Source: Acholeplasma laidlawii PG-8A | GTDB taxonomy: Bacteria > Bacillota_I > Bacilli_A > Acholeplasmatales > Acholeplasmataceae | NCBI RefSeq assembly: GCF_000018785.1 | Contig: NC_010163.1 | Coordinates: forward strand, 600,001-632,000 | Direction: 5' to 3' | Length of the DNA stretch: 32,000 bases | In this document: one piece after another, positions 8,808-16,610 of the stretch | Position numbering within the stretch: position 1 is the stretch's first letter | Layout of the letters: the number at the start of each line of letters is the position of its first letter | Notes under the pieces: generated by a model | Told to the model about the DNA's origin: nothing | Database searches by the model: none | Seen by the model: only the letters and a program-made list of their open reading frames with translations | Position numbers and translations under genes: made by a program

Positions 8808-11012
8808 ATGGAAATAATTAATTTTACTAATCCTGATTCAAAAAAGAACTTTGAATTATCTTTAGATAGTAACATGATATTTATATATGGTGGTAATGGT
8901 AGTGGTAAAACAACATTAAGCCGTAGTTTTCAAACTGATAGCTATATGGTCTTCAATACAGATTTTGTCAATAAAAATGTATATATTGTAAAAAGTACAG
9001 GGGCTGATGTCGATGGTGAAACAAAAGAAAATTTCAGTTCATTATTTTTAGGTGAGGAAGCAGTCGATTTAGCTAAAGAGGTTGAAAAACTTAACGCAAT
9101 GAAAAAAGAACTTGACAGGCAAAATAAAGCTCTTTTTGCGAAGTATAAAGAGAAAGTTCAAACAATCGGATTGATACCCTTCAAAAGTATAACTGATGTA
9201 TTGGAAAAGATAGAATACGAATTTGCATTTGATAGTAAATCAGATTACTTTGCAAATCAGGAAAACTTCAAGTTGAGTAAATTGTTACCTACAACTATAA
9301 GTAGTGAAAAAGAGTTTGATGAGTCTATGAGAATTTATAAAGAAGACCACACTATTCAAAGTTTGAATAAAGATATTGAAAAAAACCCTAATTTGAGATC
9401 TTTGATTTTTGATAAAGTAAATGTTATTGATACTAATCAAATTGAAAAGTATAACAATATTGTTAATGACATTAAGATTTTAGAGCAAAGCTTTATTAAA
9501 GGGAAAAACCCTTCTGAAACAAAGGCATGGATAAAAAAAGGTGTTGCAATACATGACGAGTTGGTTGACTGTATTTTTTGTGGTAATAAGGATATTAAGA
9601 GTAAAATTGAAGAGTGGAAGAATAAACTTGATAACAAACTTCTGAAAGAAAAAGATTCACTTGTTGAGCATTTAAAAAATGTTAAGAATGATTTGGATAT
9701 AATTTTAAGAAATAGAACCTTGTACAAAGATATTGTACCTAAAATAATCTCAACGCTTTCATCATTAAATGGTATTGTTGATGTCTATTTATCTTGCGTT
9801 GTTGAAAATAAAATAATTACCATTAGTGAATACACGATCGATATTGATTCTATCCAAAAAGCGGCACAAAATAGGAACTTAGAGCTGTTAAACTATTTAA
9901 CTAATAAAGAGCTTAATGAGTTATCATATAGTTATGTTTTTCAAGTTGAAATCGAATCTTTTCTTAAAAAGCAAATAGAAGATTCAGAAAAACTAAATCT
10001 CATATATGCAAATGAGACAGCTAACTCTATAAACGAAATTTCTAAGATTTTAGGATTTACTAAAGATATAAAAGTTGATTTAGAAAAACGTGGTGACATG
10101 CCAAAAATTGCACTTCAAAGTCAAAATAAAGCAACTAAGATTTCTCAGTATAGCGAAGGACAAAGGCACAAGCTAGCTTTGGCTGTATTTTTTTCCAAAT
10201 GCACAAAAAGTAAAAAAAAGTTTGAAGCAATTGTATTAGATGACCCAGTAATTACTTTAGATGTTAAAGCGTATCATGCTTTAAAAGGATTGTTAAAAGA
10301 TGAAAGATTTCAGAAAGCCAAAAGATTAATCATAACTACACATAATATTCATTATTTGTATGTTCAAATGTCAAATATTTTAGAAGATGAGCAGCTCAGA
10401 AAATATACGAAATTATACGAAATTACATCAGATACATTTAAAGATATCCCGTTAGATGTTCTTAAGTCAGATGATGTATCTTTATACACCAACTATTTAA
10501 AATCAATGACTAGTTATGATCAGTTGGGTTATATTTATTGGCTTTCATCTAAGATAGCACGATATTTTCTAGATTTAAGATTAAGATTTAATGGCATAAT
10601 GTCAGCACAAAGCATGTCTTTAGAGATTGATTTGTTAGATCTTGTTGAAAGCGAAAAGCATGAACTGCAACAATACTTCAATATACTTTCAGAAACATGC
10701 AAAAAAAAGAATTTGACTGTAAAAAGTATTATTGAGTCTTTCATTTCAGTCAATCAAATACTAAAAATTTTAGGGTTTCCCCAACTTGTTAATCAAAGCA
10801 CAATTAAACAATTTGAACAATATGAGAGTGAAATTGTAAAAATTAATGATGAGAGTATAAATGTGTACGATGAATTATTGGTATATGCAAGAGGGATCCA
10901 TTTCTATGAAGGTACTGATCGTGCTCTACAAGAAATGAAAAATTATATTAACCACCCTAGAAATCAAATAACAGAAAGTATGTTGGTTTTAAAAGCTAGT
11001 AAAGATATATGA
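8808..11012 (+). CDS. RloC/PrrC-like AAA (AAA_13-type) ABC ATPase with central CxxC zinc-hook-like motif
   Basis: ORF track 8781..11012; start at 8808 has RBS aaggggg. Walker A GGNGSGKTTL, coiled coil with CIFCG (9570-9581), signature YSEGQRHKLAL, Walker B FEAIVLDDPVITLD, H-loop TTHNIHY. Confidence 0.82.
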   Translation: MEIINFTNPDSKKNFELSLDSNMIFIYGGNGSGKTTLSRSFQTDSYMVFNTDFVNKNVYIVKSTGADVDGETKENFSSLFLGEEAVDLAKEVEKLNAMKKELDRQNKALFAKYKEKVQTIGLIPFKSITDVLEKIEYEFAFDSKSDYFANQENFKLSKLLPTTISSEKEFDESMRIYKEDHTIQSLNKDIEKNPNLRSLIFDKVNVIDTNQIEKYNNIVNDIKILEQSFIKGKNPSETKAWIKKGVAIHDELVDCIFCGNKDIKSKIEEWKNKLDNKLLKEKDSLVEHLKNVKNDLDIILRNRTLYKDIVPKIISTLSSLNGIVDVYLSCVVENKIITISEYTIDIDSIQKAAQNRNLELLNYLTNKELNELSYSYVFQVEIESFLKKQIEDSEKLNLIYANETANSINEISKILGFTKDIKVDLEKRGDMPKIALQSQNKATKISQYSEGQRHKLALAVFFSKCTKSKKKFEAIVLDDPVITLDVKAYHALKGLLKDERFQKAKRLIITTHNIHYLYVQMSNILEDEQLRKYTKLYEITSDTFKDIPLDVLKSDDVSLYTNYLKSMTSYDQLGYIYWLSSKIARYFLDLRLRFNGIMSAQSMSLEIDLLDLVESEKHELQQYFNILSETCKKKNLTVKSIIESFISVNQILKILGFPQLVNQSTIKQFEQYESEIVKINDESINVYDELLVYARGIHFYEGTDRALQEMKNYINHPRNQITESMLVLKASKDI

Positions 11013-11163
11013 TTGTTGCGTCTGATCAGAGAGTATGTTCTTATTCGTATGAAATCTAATGGTAGATATTCTGTATTTATACTTACTGTATTAATCTGTC
11101 GACTTTCAAATTTAATAGAGTTAGGTTTTATCAATATCAATTGTATGAATGTGAGGTTATAAT

Positions 11164-11838
11164 ATGAAACAGAGTCAAATTGATCAATTAAAAAATCAGT
11201 TAAAGCAAATCCTGGATCAGAATATTAATGTTATTAATCAAGATGGTTTTTTGGATAAAAATCAGATTCCTAGTGGTAGCAAGGTGTATAATATTGAAGC
11301 ATCACTAATGTTTGTAGACATTAGAAGTTCAACTGTTCTGACTGATAGCATTGGCAGAAAGAATATGGTCAAGATTTATAAAATGTTTACAAGCTTATGC
11401 AAGAAGGCTATCAATGATTATAATGGATCAATACTTCAAATTGTTGGTGATGGCATCCTATGTGGATTCACGAATGATTCTACAGGAAATTCCGGACAAA
11501 GAGCAGTTGATGCAGCATTGACCATTCATACATACATAGCGGAGTCAATGAATTCTCTATTAAACAAGGATTGGAAAATTGGCTGTGGTATCGGTATTAG
11601 AACAGGACATGTTTATGTTACAAGGCTTATGACTGATAATGGTAGTGAGGTTGCATATCCTAGTGATATAACAAACTACGCTTCCAAATTTTGTAGCAAA
11701 GCGAAAGAAGAGCAAATTATACTAGACTCAAAAACCTATGAGCACTTAGATCAACATCATAAAGATTTTTGTGAAAATTTCACTACTGATTTATCAAACA
11801 CTTATATTATTAAGGAGGCAACATGGGAGATAAAATAG
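11164..11838 (+). CDS. pycC: Class III nucleotide cyclase, Pycsar-type pyrimidine cyclase (PycC-like)
   Basis: LMFVDIRSSTVLTDSIGRKNMVKIYKMF ... ILQIVGDGILCGF ... IGCGIGIRTGHVYV; overlaps next gene, which looks like a PycTM effector. Confidence 0.78.
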   Translation: MKQSQIDQLKNQLKQILDQNINVINQDGFLDKNQIPSGSKVYNIEASLMFVDIRSSTVLTDSIGRKNMVKIYKMFTSLCKKAINDYNGSILQIVGDGILCGFTNDSTGNSGQRAVDAALTIHTYIAESMNSLLNKDWKIGCGIGIRTGHVYVTRLMTDNGSEVAYPSDITNYASKFCSKAKEEQIILDSKTYEHLDQHHKDFCENFTTDLSNTYIIKEATWEIK

Positions 11839-12350
11839 ATAAAGCTTTTGATAAAGATACATCATATAGAACACTAGAACTGGTTAACTCATGGATAACT
11901 GCTGCTGATAGTAAATCATCTATATTGTTAGCATTTATTGCTTTGCTTGTAGGATTAACTTCAAACTCCTATAGCAAAATTGTTGATGTTATTTTGAATG
12001 GGAATAATGTGTCAATTACCTTTTGTATAGTAATAGCTGTTTTGTATTTAATAGTTCTAGTTTTAGTTATATACCATTTGATCTTAGTTTTTACAGCAAG
12101 ATTAAAAACAGGTCTTTCAATTGATCGTACTAACCTTGTTTCATTCATATCTGTTTCTAATATGACTGATCAAGAATATCTCGAGTTAACTAAAAAAACA
12201 ACTGATGCAGATATTTGTGAAATGATATTAAAACAAGTAAATGTTAATTCGAAGATAGCTTATCAGAAAATGAAGCAATTCAATAAAGCATTGATGTACT
12301 CTTTTATATTGATTCCGCTAACTATTATAATGGTAACATTTTTAGGATAA
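11823..12350 (+). CDS. pycTM: Two-transmembrane Pycsar effector (PycTM-like)
   Basis: LVNSWITAADSKSSILLAFIALLVGLTSN (typical WI..AD.K...L motif) then two more hydrophobic stretches; RBS aaggagg; 16-nt overlap with the cyclase gene. Confidence 0.75.
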   Translation: MGDKIDKAFDKDTSYRTLELVNSWITAADSKSSILLAFIALLVGLTSNSYSKIVDVILNGNNVSITFCIVIAVLYLIVLVLVIYHLILVFTARLKTGLSIDRTNLVSFISVSNMTDQEYLELTKKTTDADICEMILKQVNVNSKIAYQKMKQFNKALMYSFILIPLTIIMVTFLG

Positions 12351-12434
12351 TTTTTACTTATAGTGTCTACTTTGTTGACTATAAAGCAAGATTAAAAACA
12401 GGATATTGTATTAGATAGTTTTATTTCAGAAGCT

Positions 12435-12911
12435 ATGGCTTCAAGAAGTGGAGAAGAAATGATGAATAATAATGTTATGATAAAAATTGAAGATATTAAT
12501 AATTCAACACTCACATGTGTAAAACTTGTTGCTAATATGTTGTGCTTGAACTTTACTAAAGAAGATTTAACAAGTTCACTGCATATTCAGTGTTTCTATC
12601 GAATTCATAAAAATAACAAAGTTCTAGTCACTTCACAAGATTATCATACTTTTGATTACGATAATGGTGATGAAGATGGAACAAGCAATGATCTCTGGAA
12701 GAATTTAAGTAATATCTCAAATCAAATAGAAGGTCAACTAGTTACTCAAGTTTTAACGAGTGATTTAAAAGATATTATTCTTTTTTTAAGTAATGATTTT
12801 CATATTGACATTATTATATCAAATAGTAAAAGCAACTTTGAAGATATGATCGAACAATATCGTTTTTTGCCAAGTATAGAAGAAAGTGATCATATAGTAG
12901 TTTATAATTAA
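12435..12911 (+). CDS. hypothetical protein (158 aa; a start at 12471/12474 is equally possible)
   Basis: Open frame of the ORF track, no recognised family. Confidence 0.5.
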   Translation: MASRSGEEMMNNNVMIKIEDINNSTLTCVKLVANMLCLNFTKEDLTSSLHIQCFYRIHKNNKVLVTSQDYHTFDYDNGDEDGTSNDLWKNLSNISNQIEGQLVTQVLTSDLKDIILFLSNDFHIDIIISNSKSNFEDMIEQYRFLPSIEESDHIVVYN

Positions 12912-12960
12912 CATACTAAAGCATGATACTCTTCAATAAAAATATAGCAGAATAATCTCT

Positions 12961-13020
12961 TTAGAAACATAGGACCAAATTTAAAAATATAGACCAAAAT
13001 GTTTAAACATAGCCATAAAT
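12961..13020 (+). repeat. Three degenerate 20-bp tandem repeats (AAAYATAG core)
   Basis: TTAGAAACATAGGACCAAAT / TTAAAAATATAGACCAAAAT / GTTTAAACATAGCCATAAAT in exact 20-nt register. Confidence 0.55.
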
Positions 13021-13185
13021 TGGGGTTAATAAATTTCTATAAGTTTTGGGGGTATAGTGTAAAAATTACGTTATAACTCTTCATCTTAGACAATCCAAGA
13101 AAAAAGTAAAGAAGATAAAATAAACAGTGTTACAATACCCATTTTTGTATAAATGATCACCTAAAATGAAATGAGGAGATAATGT

Positions 13186-13608
13186 ATGATAGAAAGATAT
13201 GTATTAAATCAAAGCAAGTTACCAACAATACCAGCACCACATGATGCTGTCATTGTTAAATTTGGGGTAGATGACGAATTTCTAGTATTGTATTTTGAGG
13301 ACAATATTAGTCATCGTGATTCAGTTAAATATGATCATCCAAATGCCAATACACTCATTATGAAGTTTCATTTGTTAAATCCTGAACTTGATGTTTACCA
13401 GTGGGAAAGAATTCTTAAAGGTGAAGCCTATATTCTTAAAAACTCGAAAAAAATGATTCGAAAATGGAATAAAAACAAAGGCTTTAATATGTCATATTTA
13501 TATCATTATGTTGCGTACAATTCAATCATCATAAATTTATTAAAATCTGAAAATGTCTATATTCAACTTGAAGTAGATTATATTGAATATGAATGGATTG
13601 AAAAATGA
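13186..13608 (+). CDS. hypothetical protein (140 aa)
   Basis: Start preceded by atgaggagataatgt RBS; no recognised family. Confidence 0.65.
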   Translation: MIERYVLNQSKLPTIPAPHDAVIVKFGVDDEFLVLYFEDNISHRDSVKYDHPNANTLIMKFHLLNPELDVYQWERILKGEAYILKNSKKMIRKWNKNKGFNMSYLYHYVAYNSIIINLLKSENVYIQLEVDYIEYEWIEK

Positions 13609-13652
13609 AATAATTTAAATTTCAATGAAGATGGAGGAGAGAATATACCAAG

Positions 13653-14030
13653 ATGAAAGCAAAAAATGTATTTAGTGGCAAAAGAAAAGTAACGAAATAT
13701 TTGAGTGGTTTGAATGGCGAAAGTAATAAGCAAATAGATTTATTACGATTGTATATTAGTGGAGCATTAGAAGAAACACTCAAAAAATATGAATTCGATT
13801 TAATAGAAGTATTTGTTGATAAACTAAGAAATAAAAAACTACATTTACAAATGAATTTACGAAATCAAAACAAAAATATAGGTTTAGATTTCTTCAGCGA
13901 TTACTATGAGTTTTGTTTTTATTTAGCTGGGTGTGAGCCAGAAGATGTTGAAAATTCAATAGTGAAATATGAGTATAATGGATTTGATTTGGATGCATTG
14001 TTGAAAGAGATGGAATCTAAATTAAGCTAA
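13653..14030 (+). CDS. hypothetical protein (125 aa)
   Basis: Start preceded by gatggaggaga RBS; acidic, no recognised family. Confidence 0.65.
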   Translation: MKAKNVFSGKRKVTKYLSGLNGESNKQIDLLRLYISGALEETLKKYEFDLIEVFVDKLRNKKLHLQMNLRNQNKNIGLDFFSDYYEFCFYLAGCEPEDVENSIVKYEYNGFDLDALLKEMESKLS

Positions 14031-14364
14031 TATAGTTTTTAGAAACAATATTAATAAAACTTATGAAAAACCTTGTCAAGTTAAATATCCAATTTGTGTA
14101 CTATTGTGCTTAAAGCTGTAAGCTTCTAGTGCAATTATTTATAGTAAAGTTAGCCTAGAGGTTATCAAAAATAGTGATAAAGTCCATAATGACAAGACAG
14201 TCGAGTAGAGGGGATGTAAACCCTATTGATTATTTTTATGTGAAAAAATCAACGATGGTGTTTCAACTAGATAATTTCAAAGTATAACCCTCTATAATAT
14301 GTTACTTTGGTATTTTAGATACCTATCTAACCATGTAAGGGGGAACATATTTTAGTCGATTTTG

Positions 14365-14381
14365 ATGTTACTTCAATACAC
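14365..14381 (+). repeat. 17-bp direct repeat ATGTTACTTCAATACAC, right copy
   Basis: Exact match at 5729-5745. Confidence 0.8.
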
Positions 14382-14419
14382 ACAAGGTTGATTTTGCAAG
14401 CAATTTGTTTGTTTCAACG

Positions 14420-14442
14420 CACGTTGAAAACATCGTATTGCT
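14420..14442 (+). repeat. Right copy of 23-bp direct repeat CACGTTGAAAACATCGTATTGCT (attR-like), overlapping palindrome TTTCAAC-GCAC-GTTGAAA (14412-14429)
   Basis: Exact match to 5602-5624. Confidence 0.9.
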
Positions 14443-14484
14443 TTCTCTAAAAACCGCTTAACAAAGCCGTTCGTATAATAGAAC

Positions 14485-14530
14485 AAGAAGCATTTACCCC
14501 TTTAAAACTGGGTTAAATGCTTCTTTTTTA
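14485..14530. terminator. Bidirectional rho-independent terminator
   Basis: AAGAAGCATTTACCCC...GGGTTAAATGCTTCTTTTTT hairpin. Confidence 0.75.
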
Positions 14531-14633
14531 CTTTTTGCCCAATGTGGAAACATATCGAAATCAATGTGGAAACATCAAACTATGCTTTAAGCATATATTT
14601 TCTTGAGTGTGAGAACATCTTTTTGCTAAAAAA

Positions 14634-16352
14634 TTATATCACTACAACTCGATATAACATCTTAGCTAAGCCATCGGGTGCGTGATATGTTTCCACAATG
14701 ATTGGTTCAGTTTTTAAGAACTCAAAACGTCGTTCTTTGAACTCATTGTCTGAATAATTCTTGGTTCCAGCAATACAGTATACAATCTCATTTGGATTGA
14801 CTGATATCATTTTATAGATGAATGTACTTAAAATCTCTGAATCAAGTTCATCGATGACTAAATTCTTTTTACCTAAAATCTCATTGATTTTATCCATACG
14901 TTTTCTGGTGTCATAATTTTTTACGTGTTCAAGTTCAAGCTTGTTAATCTCAGCAGTTAGAACTTTAAGACGATCGGAGTATTCTCTATACTTGGTATTA
15001 AATATTGATTCTGGAATATCTGGTGTTTTTACTTTTGTATCAATTAGATTGGATAATGCTATTTCGTTTTCATCTCTTTCTAATGTTAACTTTTCAATGA
15101 TACCTTGGACATCATCGACTTTGATGGTTGATTTAATTATCCTTTGAATGGTTGACATGATATCTAGATCCTTTAAGAAGACTTTGTTTAGCATATGGAT
15201 TGTGGTTGCTTCAATAAGATCTTGATGACTTGCCTTTGCATTACAATTTGCTTTACCTTCAATGTAGCTACCACACTGTTGCATCACCCTTTGTGATGGC
15301 TTACCGTAGTTCCAATAACGTCTTTTTAGCGTTCGACCACATTCGCTACATATAATCATTGCGGTTAAAGGATATGTTCTACTATATTTTGAGAGGTTTT
15401 TATCCTCGCCAATTCTAACCTTAGCTCTATCTTTTCTAATGCGTTGTGCAAGTTCAAAAGTATCTCTATCGATGATTGCTTCATGACTGTTTTCTGTATA
15501 ATAAGTAGGTGCATGATTTTTATTCTTAACTCTTGTGTGACTCAAATAATCGATGCTTATTGTTTTTTGCTGCAGCATATCACCCATGTATTTTTCATTT
15601 TTTAAAATGGTTGTAATCGTTGAAAGTCGCCACTCTGTTTTACCAGCACCTGTTTTTGCACCCATCTCAATGAGTTGCTTTGCAATTTTAGCTGGACCAA
15701 CACCACTAATGTACAAATTGAATATGAGTTTAACAATCTGTGCTTCCTCAGGTACAACCACTAAGTTTCCACCTTTTTTATCCTTCGTATAACCAAGGAA
15801 GCGTTTGTGGTTGATAATAGGCACACCCTCTCTAAAACGACGTTGAACATTCCATTTGACGTTTTCTGATACGTTTCTTGCTTCCTCCTGTGCCATTGAT
15901 GACATGATGGTGAGAAGAAACTCTACTTTAGGATCTAGGGAACTAATGTTTTCTTTTTCAAAAATAATCTCTACATTGATTTGTCTTAACTCTCTAATGT
16001 AGTTTAGTGCATCCACAGTGTTTCTTGCAAACCTGGATATTGATTTGGTAAGTATAATATCGATTTGGCCAGCACGTGCTTTTTCGATCATTAAGTTAAA
16101 CTGTTTTCTGTTCTTTGTGCTAGTCCCACTGATGCCCTCGTCTGCATAAATGCCATCAAATATCCAATCTGGATTCTTTGTAATTCGTTGTGTATATTCA
16201 TCTCGTTGAGCTTCATAACTTGTTTTTTGTTCTAAGTTGTCTGTTGATACTCGTACATAGGCACATACTCGTTTTCTGGTAATTGGATTATTGATTTGAT
16301 CCAAAGTGTAATGTGTCTTTGGTTGTATGATTCTTACGGTTTTGTTTTTCAT
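14634..16352 (-). CDS. Large serine recombinase (resolvase + recombinase + zinc-ribbon domains)
   Basis: ORF track 14634..16391; RBS AAAGGAG favours start MKNKTVRI at 16352. RVCAYVRVSTDNLEQKTSYEAQ...IYADEGISGTSTKNRKQFNLMIEKARAGQIDIILTKSISRFARNT; C-x2-C...C zinc ribbon (CSECGRTLKRR). Confidence 0.93.
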   Translation of the reverse strand: MKNKTVRIIQPKTHYTLDQINNPITRKRVCAYVRVSTDNLEQKTSYEAQRDEYTQRITKNPDWIFDGIYADEGISGTSTKNRKQFNLMIEKARAGQIDIILTKSISRFARNTVDALNYIRELRQINVEIIFEKENISSLDPKVEFLLTIMSSMAQEEARNVSENVKWNVQRRFREGVPIINHKRFLGYTKDKKGGNLVVVPEEAQIVKLIFNLYISGVGPAKIAKQLIEMGAKTGAGKTEWRLSTITTILKNEKYMGDMLQQKTISIDYLSHTRVKNKNHAPTYYTENSHEAIIDRDTFELAQRIRKDRAKVRIGEDKNLSKYSRTYPLTAMIICSECGRTLKRRYWNYGKPSQRVMQQCGSYIEGKANCNAKASHQDLIEATTIHMLNKVFLKDLDIMSTIQRIIKSTIKVDDVQGIIEKLTLERDENEIALSNLIDTKVKTPDIPESIFNTKYREYSDRLKVLTAEINKLELEHVKNYDTRKRMDKINEILGKKNLVIDELDSEILSTFIYKMISVNPNEIVYCIAGTKNYSDNEFKERRFEFLKTEPIIVETYHAPDGLAKMLYRVVVI

Positions 16353-16420
16353 ATTTTGACCGCTCCTTTCGTTAGTATATACATCACTCAAAAAGCAATG
16401 AATAGCAAGTCATTAGTGAC

Positions 16421-16561
16421 TCAATCATTGCTTTTTCTAATATCGCTTGTAATACCGTAGGTTGATGCGAGCTTATTGATGATAATACTAAACTCATCGA
16501 TTGTGATGAGTTTTTGATTAAATAGCTTTACTATGATTGATTTGGCTATATTGAATTTCAT
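16421..16561 (-). CDS. Small protein (46 aa) encoded upstream of the serine recombinase
   Basis: Reverse strand: MKFNIAKSIIVKLFNQKLITIDEFSIIINKLASTYGITSDIRKSND*; similar in style to short proteins found next to serine recombinases. Below size cut-off of the ORF track. Confidence 0.5.
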   Translation of the reverse strand: MKFNIAKSIIVKLFNQKLITIDEFSIIINKLASTYGITSDIRKSND

Positions 16562-16610
16562 TTCTGAACTGATAATAATATCCATTTGAATATATATAGA
16601 TGCAAAGAAA

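Larger units (their letters stand above)
5602..14442. mobile_element. Accessory/defence island of about 8.8 kb integrated at the 3' end of the rRNA methyltransferase gene
   Basis: Bounded by identical 23-bp direct repeats (5602-5624 and 14420-14442); right copy continues CTTTCTCTAAAAACCGCTTAA which restores a canonical-looking methyltransferase tail HVENIVLLSLKTA*. Confidence 0.75.

Noticed and set aside
9437-10753. Reverse-strand ORFs 9437..9727 and 10535..10753
   Set aside because: Antisense to the ATPase gene; no independent support.
8808-11012. Calling the ATPase a complete RloC anticodon nuclease
   Set aside because: ATPase and zinc-hook features fit RloC, but no canonical HEPN RNxxxH was seen in its C-terminal part; the motif lies in the separate upstream protein.
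12961-13020. CRISPR-like array
   Set aside because: Only three degenerate contiguous 20-mers without spacers and no cas genes anywhere in the window; called tandem repeat instead.
14031-14419. Retron msr-msd or group II intron
   Set aside because: Structured look, but no reverse transcriptase or intron-encoded protein in the window and no recognisable intron domain signatures.
14941-15792. Forward-strand ORFs 14941..15147 and 15553..15792
   Set aside because: Antisense to the clearly coding serine recombinase; no RBS or family resemblance.
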